Assembly: GCA_964016885.1 (NCBI GenBank)
Contig: OZ024743.1
Location: 262,818,001-262,882,000, forward strand
Reading direction: 5' to 3'
DNA from: Eledone cirrhosa
Taxonomy: Eukaryota
DNA length: 64,000 bases
Both the position numbers and the translations under genes were made by a program. Below are positions 38,961 to 50,850 of this stretch, one piece after another (positions within the stretch are counted from its first letter, which is position 1; the number at the start of each line of letters is the position of its first letter). The notes below the pieces were generated by a model that searched no databases, was not told where the DNA came from, and saw nothing but the letters and a program-made list of their open reading frames with translations.

Positions 38961-39329
38961 ACTCAACCAGCAAGGTGACAAATTAGACTAGAGCCTATAT
39001 AGATTTTGCATGATGAACATTTGCTGGAAATTCTTATTTGCATATAGCAAATAGAAACCATCAGCTGGATATGCTCATTTGTATACAGTGCAAAATTGGC
39101 TGGTTGTAATTCATTGGCAGTTGCACTAAGATAGTGTTTAGTATAATAGGGATATATATAAAAACATATATTATATGTATATATTGACATCTTCACAGAG
39201 CAAAAGAGAAAAAATATTTTTTTCATAATAAAAACGAAATATTTCTTCCTTGATAGCGAGGTTCTTATATGTTTATTGTATATAAAGACATGGTATATGC
39301 TTTCATATACACCCCTATTATTTAGGTGT

Positions 39330-39580
39330 GTATGTATATATCTCACAAAGAAAGCGATGGAACATCGTCCTGTTTCAGACAACTCCTCTACACATTTATA
39401 GCAGACGATAAATATCAACAACACCGAAATCATTTCGAAAGAACATAGCTGATTGGCTAGGCTGTGAACAACCAATAGCATTTCAAGTTTCATCCACGTC
39501 GGCACAAGAGGTATCGTAGTGTGTGTATGTGTATGTACATACATGTATGTAAATGTGTAAGTGTGTGTGTGCAGTAAAAC
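39330..39580 (+). promoter_or_regulatory. Putative promoter of the TUSC3/MAGT1-like gene, with opposed CCAAT boxes
   Basis: ATTGG at 39452 and CCAAT at 39472, ~110-130 bp upstream of the ATG; CpG dinucleotides are visibly more frequent than in the flanks. Confidence 0.5.
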
Positions 39581-39694
39581 ATGGACGACAAAATGACATT
39601 CAGTTTGACGGCAGGTTTAATCCTGCTTCTTGTTATGATTTTACCGCCACCACAAAGCTGCGTCTCAGCTCTGGGATTTCAACGTAAAAAAGAG
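39581..39694 (+). CDS. TUSC3: First coding exon (signal peptide) of a TUSC3/MAGT1-like oligosaccharyltransferase OST3/OST6 subunit
   Basis: AAAC-ATG start; MDDKMTFSLTAGLILLLVMILPPPQSCVSALGFQRKKE followed by a strong phase-0 donor GAG|GTAAGC. Hydrophobic core with a VSA cleavage motif. From recall, human MAGT1/TUSC3 exon 1 ends at QRKKE/QKKKE. Exon 2 (GDKF, PPRNYS, CxxC) not found in the window. Confidence 0.65.
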
Positions 39695-40439
39695 GTAAGC
39701 GTTATTGTATTCTTCGAATTGTTATTATTACTTATATAACTGTATAAAATGCGTAAAATACAAAAGAAATGGGATTGGTGTTAGCAGTGGTCTCGCTGTT
39801 TCTGTCAATGTGTGTGTATTTATTGTATCACTTGTCGAATGGTGCGAACAATTATAGTAAAAAATGTGTGCGATGTGCTAACTTCTCGGTAAATCGAAAT
39901 CACCAACACCATTCCGGTTTCGATTACTAGTTATGTAGTCAGCGCAGTTCGTTTATGCCTCAAATGCAATTCTGCGGAAGGATTAAACAGTAACATAAAA
40001 AAAAAAAAAATGTATAACTATCTATACCTATATCTATGTATATATTTCTTCCTCCAAACGTCCGTTGTAGCTTATTTGAAGTTAAACGTTCCTTTTTTTT
40101 TCCTTTTCCGGCTTGAGGATTCGAACATGTCCACTCTTGTTCAGCAGTCGGCCTGGCGACCGGCCGGTCTGTTGGCTGGTTGCTGGCTTGGTCCGGTTTT
40201 CCTAGACCGGTAATCTGATCCGGCTTGTTATATACTCCTCTTTTTTCTTCTGTCGTCTTTCATAAAACCCTTCAGTTATATCATTGTATTGTATCAGTTT
40301 AAATCGTTTAGTCACATTTACTACCACTACCACAATTTTTATATTATAACCCGTGTTAACGATCAGTTTACACTTTTATACACACATATATGTCCAATGT
40401 CCACGTTTACATTCAATATATACATTTGTATATCCAAAT

Positions 40440-40504
40440 AATCGTGTATCTATATATGTGTGTGTGTGTACACATGTGTGTTGTATATATATATATATAT
40501 GTGT

Positions 40505-40595
<91 letters not shown>

Positions 40596-41275
40596 GTCTA
40601 TAAACATGCGTATATGGTATGGATTGTGAATATGTGGCTGCATGTACATTCACTCATCTGAATAGATTTGTGTATATATAGTCCTGTATAAACTTCGAGA
40701 TGACTATAATGCAGACACACGCAATTGTATGGATTTCTTAATATATATATGTGTGGGTGTATGTATATATATATATGTGTGTTTGTATATATACATGTGT
40801 GTGTTTGTATATATATATATATGTGTTTGTGTATATATATATATGTGTTTGTGTATATATATATATGTGTTTGTGTATATATATATATGTGTTTGTGTAT
40901 ATATATATATATGTGTTTGTGTATATATATATGTTTGTGTCATCATCGTTTAACGTCTATCTTCCACGCAAGCATGGGTTTAGACGTATATATATATGTT
41001 TGTGTGTATATATATGTGTTTGTGTGTATGTGTATATATATGTGTATGTATATATATATATTATGCACACATACACATTTGTATGAATTTGTAGATGTAT
41101 ATATATATATATATATATGCATGTACACAATTGTATGGTTTTGTGAGTGTGTATACATGTATACACACACGCGTATGGATTTGTACAAGTGTATATACAT
41201 CTATAAGTTTGTGGATGTGTGTATGGATCTGTAGATTTATACACTTGTATAAATTTGTGAATGTGTGTGAATGTG

Positions 41276-41316
<41 letters not shown>

Positions 41317-41480
41317 CTGTATGGATTTGTGGAGGTGTGTATGTGCATGCACGATCTTGTATCAATTTGTGGATGTGTATATATGCATATACACTGGTGT
41401 AGGGATTTATGCACGTGTATATATGCATATACGCACGCTTGTGTGTGTTTGTGCATATACACATCTCTATAACCCACACA
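40440..41480. repeat. (TA)n/(TG)n microsatellite complex with ~18-22 bp TATATATGTGTTTGTG units and a short RTE tail (40941-40987, -)
   Basis: Read directly; explains the many YI/VC ORFs. Confidence 0.9.
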
Positions 41481-41584
41481 GTTTATATGCATATAAATAA
41501 GTATGGTATCCCGAAGGGGGTCAGGAAATATCCACAGTTAAATAAGGTACTCAATACGATAGTGGAGAATAAGCATATTTGTTT

Positions 41585-41681
41585 TATATAGAAATGACTT
41601 CTGCAGGACTAGAACTGTTTCATTCCTGATGATTCCATGGGAATGAAACAATTCTAGTTTCGTGGAAGTCATTTCTATATA
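41585..41681 (+). repeat. ~42-bp-arm hairpin with hammerhead-like boxes (probable Penelope pLTR fold-back)
   Basis: Arms 41585-41626 and 41640-41681; CTGATGA at 41626, TTCC-ATG-GGAA, then GAAAC. Confidence 0.65.
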
Positions 41682-42355
41682 TATATTTAAACAATGGGTG
41701 TGTGTGTACAAATACGATAAACGACGGTCATGTATCTATATATAGACAGGTCTGCTGTGAACCAACTGGCCACAAGAGTTAATTCCCCCTTGTATCTTGA
41801 CCTAGGTTCCAAAAATCGCATGAATATCGAACGTGGTTCGGAATTTGATCTCACTTCCCGACTCTGGCCACAACCAATCTTTGTAAAGTCATTATTGTCT
41901 CCTATTCATTTTCTTCTCTTTTCCGTCCTGTTTAACTGGAAACCTATTCGTGTATCAGAGGTCTATTCTTTCTTTCACTATAAACTTTCAAAATTTATAA
42001 TTTGATGAACATTCATTGAACATTTTGGTAAAACATTTCTTGCTATGACTATGATGTACTCTGTCGACTGTGTGTCTTTTACCGTGTGTGTGTGTCATTA
42101 CTAGGTAATGCATATCCCACTTGAATTGACCTATAATATTACTGGCATTTTTTCAGTCACCTTTGTGGTTGGATTTGAACTCTGAACACAAAAAGCACGA
42201 TCTAAGTTGCTTTGGGTTTCAAGGACTGCGACAACTGCATCTCTTTCTTTATCGGTCAACAAATAGTGGTTTCTCTCGACGAGATACAAAGGTCCTATTT
42301 ATTTTAAAGGGAGATAAACCCTTGTGTTGTCTATGCCTTTCCTAGTGATATTAAT

Positions 42356-45292
42356 GTGGATTGGCAGTATCGGTAGAGGGTCGGACGCCATGCTTTCCCC
42401 CATATATCCGTCCCTTTACGATCTGAGTTCAAATCCCGCCGAGGTTGACTTTGCCTTTCATCCTTACGGGGTCGATAAAATAAAGTACCAGTAATACACT
42501 GGGTACTTTGGTGGCCTTGTGCCTAACGTAGAAACAATTAATAGCGTAAATGAAACGAAAAAGTTTTAACAAAAAACCACCCAAATTACCGCTTGCTCTA
42601 CACGTTGCAATATTTTTGGTAAAAGACTCATCGCCACAAATTATTGACTTGAGCCAGTACTTAACTGCTACTGTATTTCCTAAATTAAGTCTTGAAAATT
42701 TTCCGGGCATCCTAGAGGATGCACGTCACATTTTTCATAAGTCAGTTTTAACTGGATATTGGAGTTTATCTACACTAGACTAATTTAAATTCGTTTGCAT
42801 GACCTCTGACCTTGTTTATAGTTAAAACGGAAAATATTCACTATTACCTCGTTGCTTTCATTACTCACCCACTGAAACAATATTTAAACGTATTAAACAT
42901 GCAAATATGTACCCGGAGTGCTTATACCAAGGGTTATTTGTGAGGTTAACTTTGCTTTTCATCCATACAGAGGTCGATAAAATAAAGTACCAGTAATGTA
43001 CTGGGTAATTGCTGGCCTTGTGCCAAAAGTAGAAACAGTTATTTGTAATGAGGACAATTGCATATTTTCCCCGACCATGGCTTCCACAATAGACTGATTA
43101 AAGAAATGCATTTGCGACTTGCTTTCCACGGTGGCGTTACAGTGCAAAATTTATATATATATATATATAAAATGTATGTGTGTGTCTGTGCTTTTTTAAT
43201 GGTTAAAATGACTCTTCCACGATATAAATTGCCGATATGAAGTTTTAAAGTAAAAAAAAAAGTAAGAGAAAATGTAGACTATATGCAGTAAACAGAATTT
43301 ATGTCACCCAGCCACTAACGAAATATCTTGGCAAAGTATGTGAATGTTTTTATTGTTTATATTTATATACTTTCTCAAAAGAAATTTCACGTAAAAAATT
43401 TGTGGTCGAGAAATACAGTACTTTATTTTAACAGCCCCGGAAATATGAGAAGCCAAGTCAAACTCGGCGGCATTTCTACCCGGAACCGAAAAGAATATGT
43501 GGCAAAATACTAGAAAAGCATTTTTGTCCAACAATTAACGTTTCTGCAATTTATTAACTCTATAAGGGTTGCAGATTTTGAAATGGTGTCATGGGATTAA
43601 TCGATTCCAGTATTAAGCTGGTATTGATTTAGCTGAATTTAAACAAACTAAATCATTTAATTCGGCATTCACATCCCTTTTTGATATTAATAATTTTAAC
43701 ATAACATAGAGAGGGGTAGTAATTTTTATTGACGCTAGTATTAAAAAAAAAAAAATTATCCCCAAATGATAATTGTTTCTATTTTTGGCACAAGGCCAGC
43801 AATTACCCACTTCATTACTAGTACTTTATTTTATCGACCCCGTAAGGATGAAAGGCAAAGTTAACCTCGGCGGGATTTGAACTCAGAATGGCAAGGGCCG
43901 TAACTCTATGCACCAAAGCATGGCGCCCAACCCTGAACCGATACTGCCAATCCACCGCTTTCTATGCCCAAATAATAATACCGATCGTAATTTTTATTTA
44001 TTTTAATTAACTAGGGCAACAAGATTATTTATAAATATAATTATTTCTTCATGTATTGTGTATCATATACTACATTATCCAGTGTGTCATTTTTTTGTTT
44101 AAGGCGTGATTTGAGGGTATTTGGCTGCTCTTTCTAGCAGGACGAGCGACCAGGTCGAAGCTTCCGCGTTACATTTCCTCTTTCTTTTCTTTATTAAAAG
44201 TAAGTCCTTGAGTGAAGTAGAAACTCATCAGGTCAAAACTTATCAGTTTTATGAGGTGTTCAGCAACCGTTAGTTGGTCGCATTGCTGCCCCTCAGCTTT
44301 TGGTGGTACTCATTTACAGTTGAGTGGATTGAGCCAACATGAAAAGAAGACACACCGTCCAGTTCAAGTGTCGAACCCCCGACTTTGGCGCTATTGGGGC
44401 CAACGCCTTAACCTGTGCGCGTTCACATACTGTACTTCTTCTCCCCACCCTCTCACAATCCTTCAAACAATAACCTAGGACTTGAAACATAGATCTCTAC
44501 CGTTAATACTTATAACATTATGTTTCCGAACTAATGTGGAAGGGAACATCTATGAGATAGTAGACATGTTAGAAATATGTCAATTCCTCGCCTTCCTTAT
44601 TAAAGAACAAAAACAAGCGAGCGGACATGTTTGGGCAGGTTGAGTAACCACAGAGTTTTCATGGTTTAATTGTATCTTATTGATTGAAAGCCACACACTT
44701 ACTGTGTGGGTAGGGGTTGATATAAGTAGATCGATCGAATCTTTCCTTGCACATGATTGATATTTATTTGTTATCGATCCCCAAAGAGACGAAAGGTAAC
44801 TTTCCACACCCCAGCTTTCCATTTACTCCGTTAACAGTAAGTTTCTTTTTACCGAGGTCTATGTGGGAGCTCCTATGTCCTGTGTGGTTGCACCATCTAT
44901 TAGAAATAAGAGTGAAATCAGCAGGTTGACCGCCAAATATCTCTACCGTGGTTTTAAAAAAAAAAAAAAAAAAAAAGATGAGACGGTCTGTGAGGAGAGA
45001 TAAGATAACATCGACTCTATTTTATCGACATGAACGATGAAAAGCAAAGTTGATCTCAGCGGCATTTGAACGCAGAACATAGTCATAACTAAATGCTGTA
45101 AAGCATTTTCTCCAATGCTCTACCGTTTCTGCCAACCTACCGCCCTTGATGTAGGAAATAATTGTTTCTACTTTTGGCATAAGGCCAGCAATTATCCCAG
45201 TGTATTACTGGTACTTTATTTTATCGACCCCCGTAAGGATGAAAGGCAAAGTTAACCGCAGCGGGATTTGAACTCGGTCCGTAAAGGGACGT
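42356..45292. mobile_element. Cluster of SINE family B copies: 42356-42542 (+), 42942-43043 (+, 3' half), 43770-43958 (-), 45020-45150 (-), 45158-45292 (-)
   Basis: All carry the GCCTTTCATCC..GGTCGATAAAATA core (or its reverse complement); most also keep the GGCCTTGTGCC..AAGTAGAAAC end. Confidence 0.85.
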
Positions 45293-47180
45293 AGGAAATA
45301 ATAAAGTGTAAAACATACTGCTAATGTACACCTGTTACCTATTTAACTCTAATTCTAACAGGTGTTCTCTTAATAATGTCTAGCCCGTTTCCACAGTAAC
45401 ATCTGTTGACTTTCACAACTGTACTCGCTCTCTCTCGTTATCCAGTAAGTTAATAGAACTTGTGGATATTGTTGCTGTTTTGCCTAGGTCACCCTTGATC
45501 AATGGTATTCTAGCCACCACCAGGTTTTTTTTTAAGACTATACACAATATTATCTATCATGTTCTTGTTATTTTAGACATTTTGTGATTTTGAAGGAGAA
45601 TCGGCTTCTATTTAATTCTAGTAGAGGCTCCCTCAGATTTTCTCATTTGGTAACCTTAATTTGTTCTTTTTCTTTTTTACTTTCTGCTATCCTGGCATGA
45701 CTGTATGCTCTTTAGCCAACGAGGAACATTCTCTTTGGTGGATCGACCTGTTAGAAATAAGTCAAATTACACTCTATCATCTTAAACCCCGAAATGATGC
45801 GTAGATTAGTATAGTATTAGATATACTATGACTGGAAATGACGGGATGGCCACTGCTGGAATGCTTTTAACAATAAATACATCTGTCCGATCATCAAATT
45901 TTTTCTCCTTACCTCTCTAATAAATGACCGGATATGACCAATACATGTTAGTTATTATAGACAAGTCTTTCGTCGGTTTGGAGAAATCGTTAACACCTTC
46001 TGTCTCTCTCTCTTGTGGCAGGTCTTTCACGTTCAATACAATAACAGACTGAGCTTTGGCGACGATAGGTGATTTATAAAGGTTGTTTTGCACTCCACCT
46101 TTCGTAAGTCAGACAGGCTCTTTATTAAGCCTTTCATTGTATGTATGGACCTGTAACTCCTGGTAGAGTCGTAGGTGTGCTGTAGTGACATATGCCATTT
46201 CTCGGGCATTTAAACCTAATGGAGCTCATTCCTTTTCCAGATCTGAATACAGCCAATTTCTTCCAGAGCAAGAAAAAAGGGTGATAGAGAGAAAGTGAGA
46301 AAGATATATATAGGAAGAATTAATCACGAAAAGATGGAAGGCAAAGTTGACCTCGGCGGGATTTGAACTCAGCTAACTGCATAGTGACTCGGCCAATTTG
46401 TCACCAAACCTTTCATTATCCCATTTCAAATGAAATACATTGCCTATGTATTTCAGTTAATGTTGAAAATTACCTAACATTTAGAGGAATTTAATAAATT
46501 AATATTTTCATCAGTAAACTGATATTTAGAACATCAGAAAACGTTTCTAAAATGAAATTATGATGAAAGCTTTTAATATATAACCAGCACTTTTATATCA
46601 TAGAGCAGTTTCAGGCGGGTTGGTAACAAAATTATCTATTTATCATTAACATTTGAAAAATAACGATGGCACTGTTTCTATGTAGTTTGATCTGTAATAG
46701 CTCCCAAATTTCCCTCATATTACCTTAACGCCTCTTAAAAAAGGACACATTGGCTTATGTGGGCCATATACACTGTTTATCACAAAAAAATGAAAGATGG
46801 TCGCAGCTGGAACCCCTTTGATCATGGGGCTGCTCAATCAGCTGCTCTTCTATGCAAACGTTAAAAACAAAATAAGTCTAAAGAATTTAGTTTAAAATAA
46901 CGGCAGAAAGATGGGAGTTTGGAGAGAAAAGGAGTACTAAAATGTAATGATAAAAGATATTCTTCTTCTGAACTCCTAAACACTGTTACATAGATCATCC
47001 AGTTCAGTTTATGCTGCTACTGCTGCTGCTGCTGATGATGATGATGCCAACAATCCCTTACTGACTTTTGTAATCTGATTTCACAATTGTTGCTCAGCAA
47101 AATTTTCACCTGCAATATAAATAATAGAGTGGGGCACACACTCGTACACCTATCCTACATATAGGGAGAGAGAGAGAGAG

Positions 47181-47590
47181 GTGTGTGGCTGAGTGGTTAG
47201 AGAATTGGATTCACAATCTTGAGGTTGTGAGTTCGATTCCTGGACCGGGCGATGCGTTATGTCCTTGAGCAAGACACTTTATTTCACATTGCTCCTTCTA
47301 CCTGGAGTTGCGACTGACAGATAGTACTAGAAACTGGAAAGACCGACGAAAACATTGTTTCCTTGGTTCAATTTGACGAAAGTGTGAAGGCACATGGCTG
47401 AGTGGTAAGAGAATTGGATTCACAATCATGAGGTGGTGAGTTTAATTCCTGGAGCGGGTGATGCATTATGTCCTTGAGCTTTATTTCACGTTGCTCCTTC
47501 TACCTGGAGTTGCGACCGATAGAGAGTATTAGCAATTGGAAAGACCAATGGAAACATTGTTTCCTCAGTCTGATTTGACGAAAGTCGATC
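47181..47590 (+). mobile_element. Head-to-tail dimer of a ~205-bp tRNA/CORE SINE variant
   Basis: Units start at ~47181 and ~47386, each with TGGCTGAGTGG, GAGTT.(G/A)ATTC, GTCCTTGAGC and TGGAAAGACC..GAAACATTGTTTCC. Confidence 0.8.
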
Positions 47591-47647
47591 GCCTGCCTAG
47601 AGAGAGTATTTACAAATATATATAGGAGCATTGAAATATTCTTTTCT

Positions 47648-48332
47648 ATCATCATCATCATCATTATCGTTTAACGTCCATCTTCCACGCTAGCATGGGT
47701 CTGGACGGGAATTGTCCCACTTGAGGCAAGATTGGTCGTCTTGCTCAGGACTGTCTGCGGGTTTTCTACGGCTGGATGCCCTTCCTAACACCAACCACGT
47801 TTACAGTGTGGACTGGGAAGTTTTTACCGTGTTACCTACATGGCCACATTACAGCGTGGAGTGTGTGTTTTTTTGTCGTGACACCTACACCTCATTTATT
47901 TAGGACTGGATGTTGTGGTACCAACATAGCTTTACATCGAAAGGGGTGGTGTAGATGGGGGTAGGGGTAGTGGGACGGGGGTGTATTTTGGTTAAGAGGT
48001 GCCCACTGAATAGGTTTCGCTTTGTACTTAGGCAAGGCAGGTCTTCTGTATTACTACGTAGCACCAAAGATCTCGGTCCAGTGACATTGTCTTGGAGAGG
48101 TGTAAGTGTGTGAGGTTGGATTTTATCAAGTCCCAGGTTTTTCTGGGTCTGCCTACTCCGTAGCTACCGTCTATTTTGATCGCCCTGCACTTTTTTTATA
48201 CAGCTGTCGTCTTTCATGCGCATCACGTAACCATAACAACGTAGTCTTCTCTCAAGTAAACAGCATCTGATCCCTCTTATTCCTAATTTCTCACTTAGTT
48301 CATTTATGCTTTGCCATTCGCGTATATTACTA
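47648..48332 (-). mobile_element. RTE LINE 3' end, same subfamily as 29526-30768
   Basis: NSNIREWQSINEL...RCCLLERRL..YG.VMRMKDDSCIKK; 3'UTR matches 30390-30768; (ATC)n tail at 47648. Confidence 0.9.
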
Positions 48333-48356
48333 TTACTATATATATATATATAAAAG

Positions 48357-48406
<50 letters not shown>

Positions 48407-48407
48407 C

Positions 48408-49135
48408 ATCATTATTATGTCCGTTTTTCCACATTTGCATGAGTTGGACGGGTCCTTTTCAGCACACCATCTCTCCTCTTGCCCCGTTTCTTCGTCATCT
48501 CCACTGTGAGTCTCAGTGATTTGAGCTCAGCTCTCACCACCTCTGCTCCGGTCTTTCTCAGTCTACTTCTACTGCGGCTTCCTTCCACTGGCATTTCCTG
48601 GCTCCTCTTCACCCATTGATCATCATCCATGCACATCACATATCCATACCAATGTAGTCTTCTCTCCTTCACACCACCTCGGATTCCTCTTAAACTCAGC
48701 TTCTCCCTCAGTTCATCCAATCTTTGTCTTTCTCTCATGTTTATGTTGCACATCTAATGAAGCATGGCTGCTTCATTTCTCTCCAGTGTATGCATGTCTT
48801 CTGCAGTCACTGCCCATGGCATCATGTAGTCATCCTTTTGTTAATAGTGTGTGTCTAAACTTCTTCAATCCTACCCGTATTCAAGCTATTATACTCTCAG
48901 AGCACCCTTCTCCACTGCTGCTTTTGTCATGTAAATAGCAGAAGCTATCAACCATTTTCAGTGACTTGAAGAGGTTTATATCACTGCTGCTCTTTCCTTT
49001 AATTACTTCTGTGCATCTTCTACATAAAAAGTCTTCCTTTTTTGTTAATCTTCCTGTTACCCCACTACATCTCCTGTCTACCCAAGATTTACATTGTGTA
49101 CACCATATTCTACATATGGAGCAGGGCCACTTCCC
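48408..49135 (-). mobile_element. Older RTE LINE 3' fragment
   Basis: RRLHWYGYVM, RSRSRLRKT, ERNEAAMLH; PHD-like remnant GKWPCSICR...CKSWVDRRCSG. Confidence 0.8.
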
Positions 49136-50589
49136 TTATTTATTTAATCAATTTAAACGTCCGTATAGAGCTAGTAAGGCATGACAGACTATGAGAAGTA
49201 TCTAGTACTTCTTACAGTTGAGAAACAAACAAACTAAAGATATACAGAGATAACTGAATATAAAAATCTAATCAAAAATTAAAAAAATAATAAAATAAGA
49301 AATATCTAAATAGGGAAGCCCAACTGGTGGCAAAATAAACATAAAAAGATAAAGAAAAAATGGAAAACAAGGGGAGCTGTAAAGCAGCTAGAAGTTTCTG
49401 TTGTTGAATTGTTGATATATCTTTTATAATATATTGTATCTCCAATCTTGGCACTTTTTAATGATCAGCTTCAAGATGTGTTCTCTCTCAGGCTGTTAAT
49501 TTTTTCATTGGAACAAATAGTGCCAATGAATTTCTGGGAAGTCACCACAAGCACTCTTAATATCTCTAACCTGACCCATTTTTCTTGATTGAAACAGTCC
49601 GAGGTTCGATAAACTCTCAGTAAATAGGAAGTCTTTTTCTCTATGGCTAATATAATTCCCCACCACTGTACATCAAATATTGTGAAATCACGATCTAATC
49701 TGAAGCTCATATCTCTAATATTATTTTTTAAAGACCAATTAGATCCACACCCAACTCTCTTGCCTCAGTTTGCCCCATCTGAATAATTGATCCAGTTGTT
49801 AAAACTGATTGACTGTGTGATAATGTTATGGAAGTCTTTTACTTCCTCTTTTGAGTTATTAATCATTATTTTAGATTGTCCTAACCACGAAGGAAGCCAA
49901 ATATCATGTTGTTTTCTTTTGCATTTAAATTGAGCAAATAAATATACTCTTTGTTTAGGTACAAGCATAATTGTGCGATTAAGGAGTTTGCTTCACAACC
50001 ATGTGGTTTCAAGTTCAGTCCCACTACGTAGCATCCTGAGAAAGTGTTTTCTATGATAGCTTTGGGAGTGAAATTTGGTAAACAGAAATTATGTGGAAGT
50101 CTGTCATATGCATATATGTGTGTCCTGTAACTTCGCAATTCAACAATAAAAGATTGGTAAAATAAGTACCATACTATAAAAAATAAGGAGTGGGGTCAAT
50201 ATGAATGACTAAATCTCTTTAAAGCAGTGTTTCAGCATGGCTGCAACCTAATGACTGAAATATGTAAAAGAAAATAATTCAAACTCCAAAATTGATAAGT
50301 TATTTTTTAAATTTGGATTGTTCAGCCAATCAGCATCATTGTACCATGACTTGATAAGCAATTGACCAATCACAGTTGCTGTATTATGTGGTTGACAATC
50401 AATATATTGGTATTCACAAATGGGTTTAACAATTATTATGCAATACAAAGCTGTCTATTTTAAAATATAAAGAAAATTTCCTTCATAATTTTATATAAAA
50501 ATCTGTAAGTTATGTTTCAAACACCAGTTTTCAAATTCTTAAATATTTAAAAAAATTATTTGTAAATTATATGTAGTGTTTTTCATTAG

Positions 50590-50850
50590 TAGTATGGGAA
50601 AGAACAGAAATGAGAATGGTCTGGTGGATGAGATGAGTATCATTGAGAGAAAGAGGAAGACAAGTAGTGAATTGTAGAGGATGATGGGTATAGAGCCAGT
50701 GATGAATGTTGTGAAGAGAAATGCAATGAGATGGTTGGATCATGTAATTAGGAAGGATAAACATGACTGGGGTCTGAGGAGTGATGGAAATGAATGTTGG
50801 AAGGAAGTACAGAAAGACATGGCTAAAACTGATAGAAGTGGAAATGAAAG
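50590..50850 (+). mobile_element. Decayed RTE-type LINE 3' fragment
   Basis: MMGIEPVMNVVKRNAMRWLDHVIRK..., GRKYRKTW. Confidence 0.65.

Noticed and set aside
38963-39544. 193-aa minus-strand ORF
   Set aside because: Runs through (TG)n, promoter sequence and a pLTR remnant; no recognisable domain.
40353-41591. Cluster of overlapping YI/VC/HT-rich ORFs
   Set aside because: Products of (TA)n/(TG)n microsatellites.
49440-49900. Possible APE endonuclease remnant (FRLDRD...WWGIILAI) on the minus strand
   Set aside because: Only one weak motif; too degenerate to call without an HMM search.
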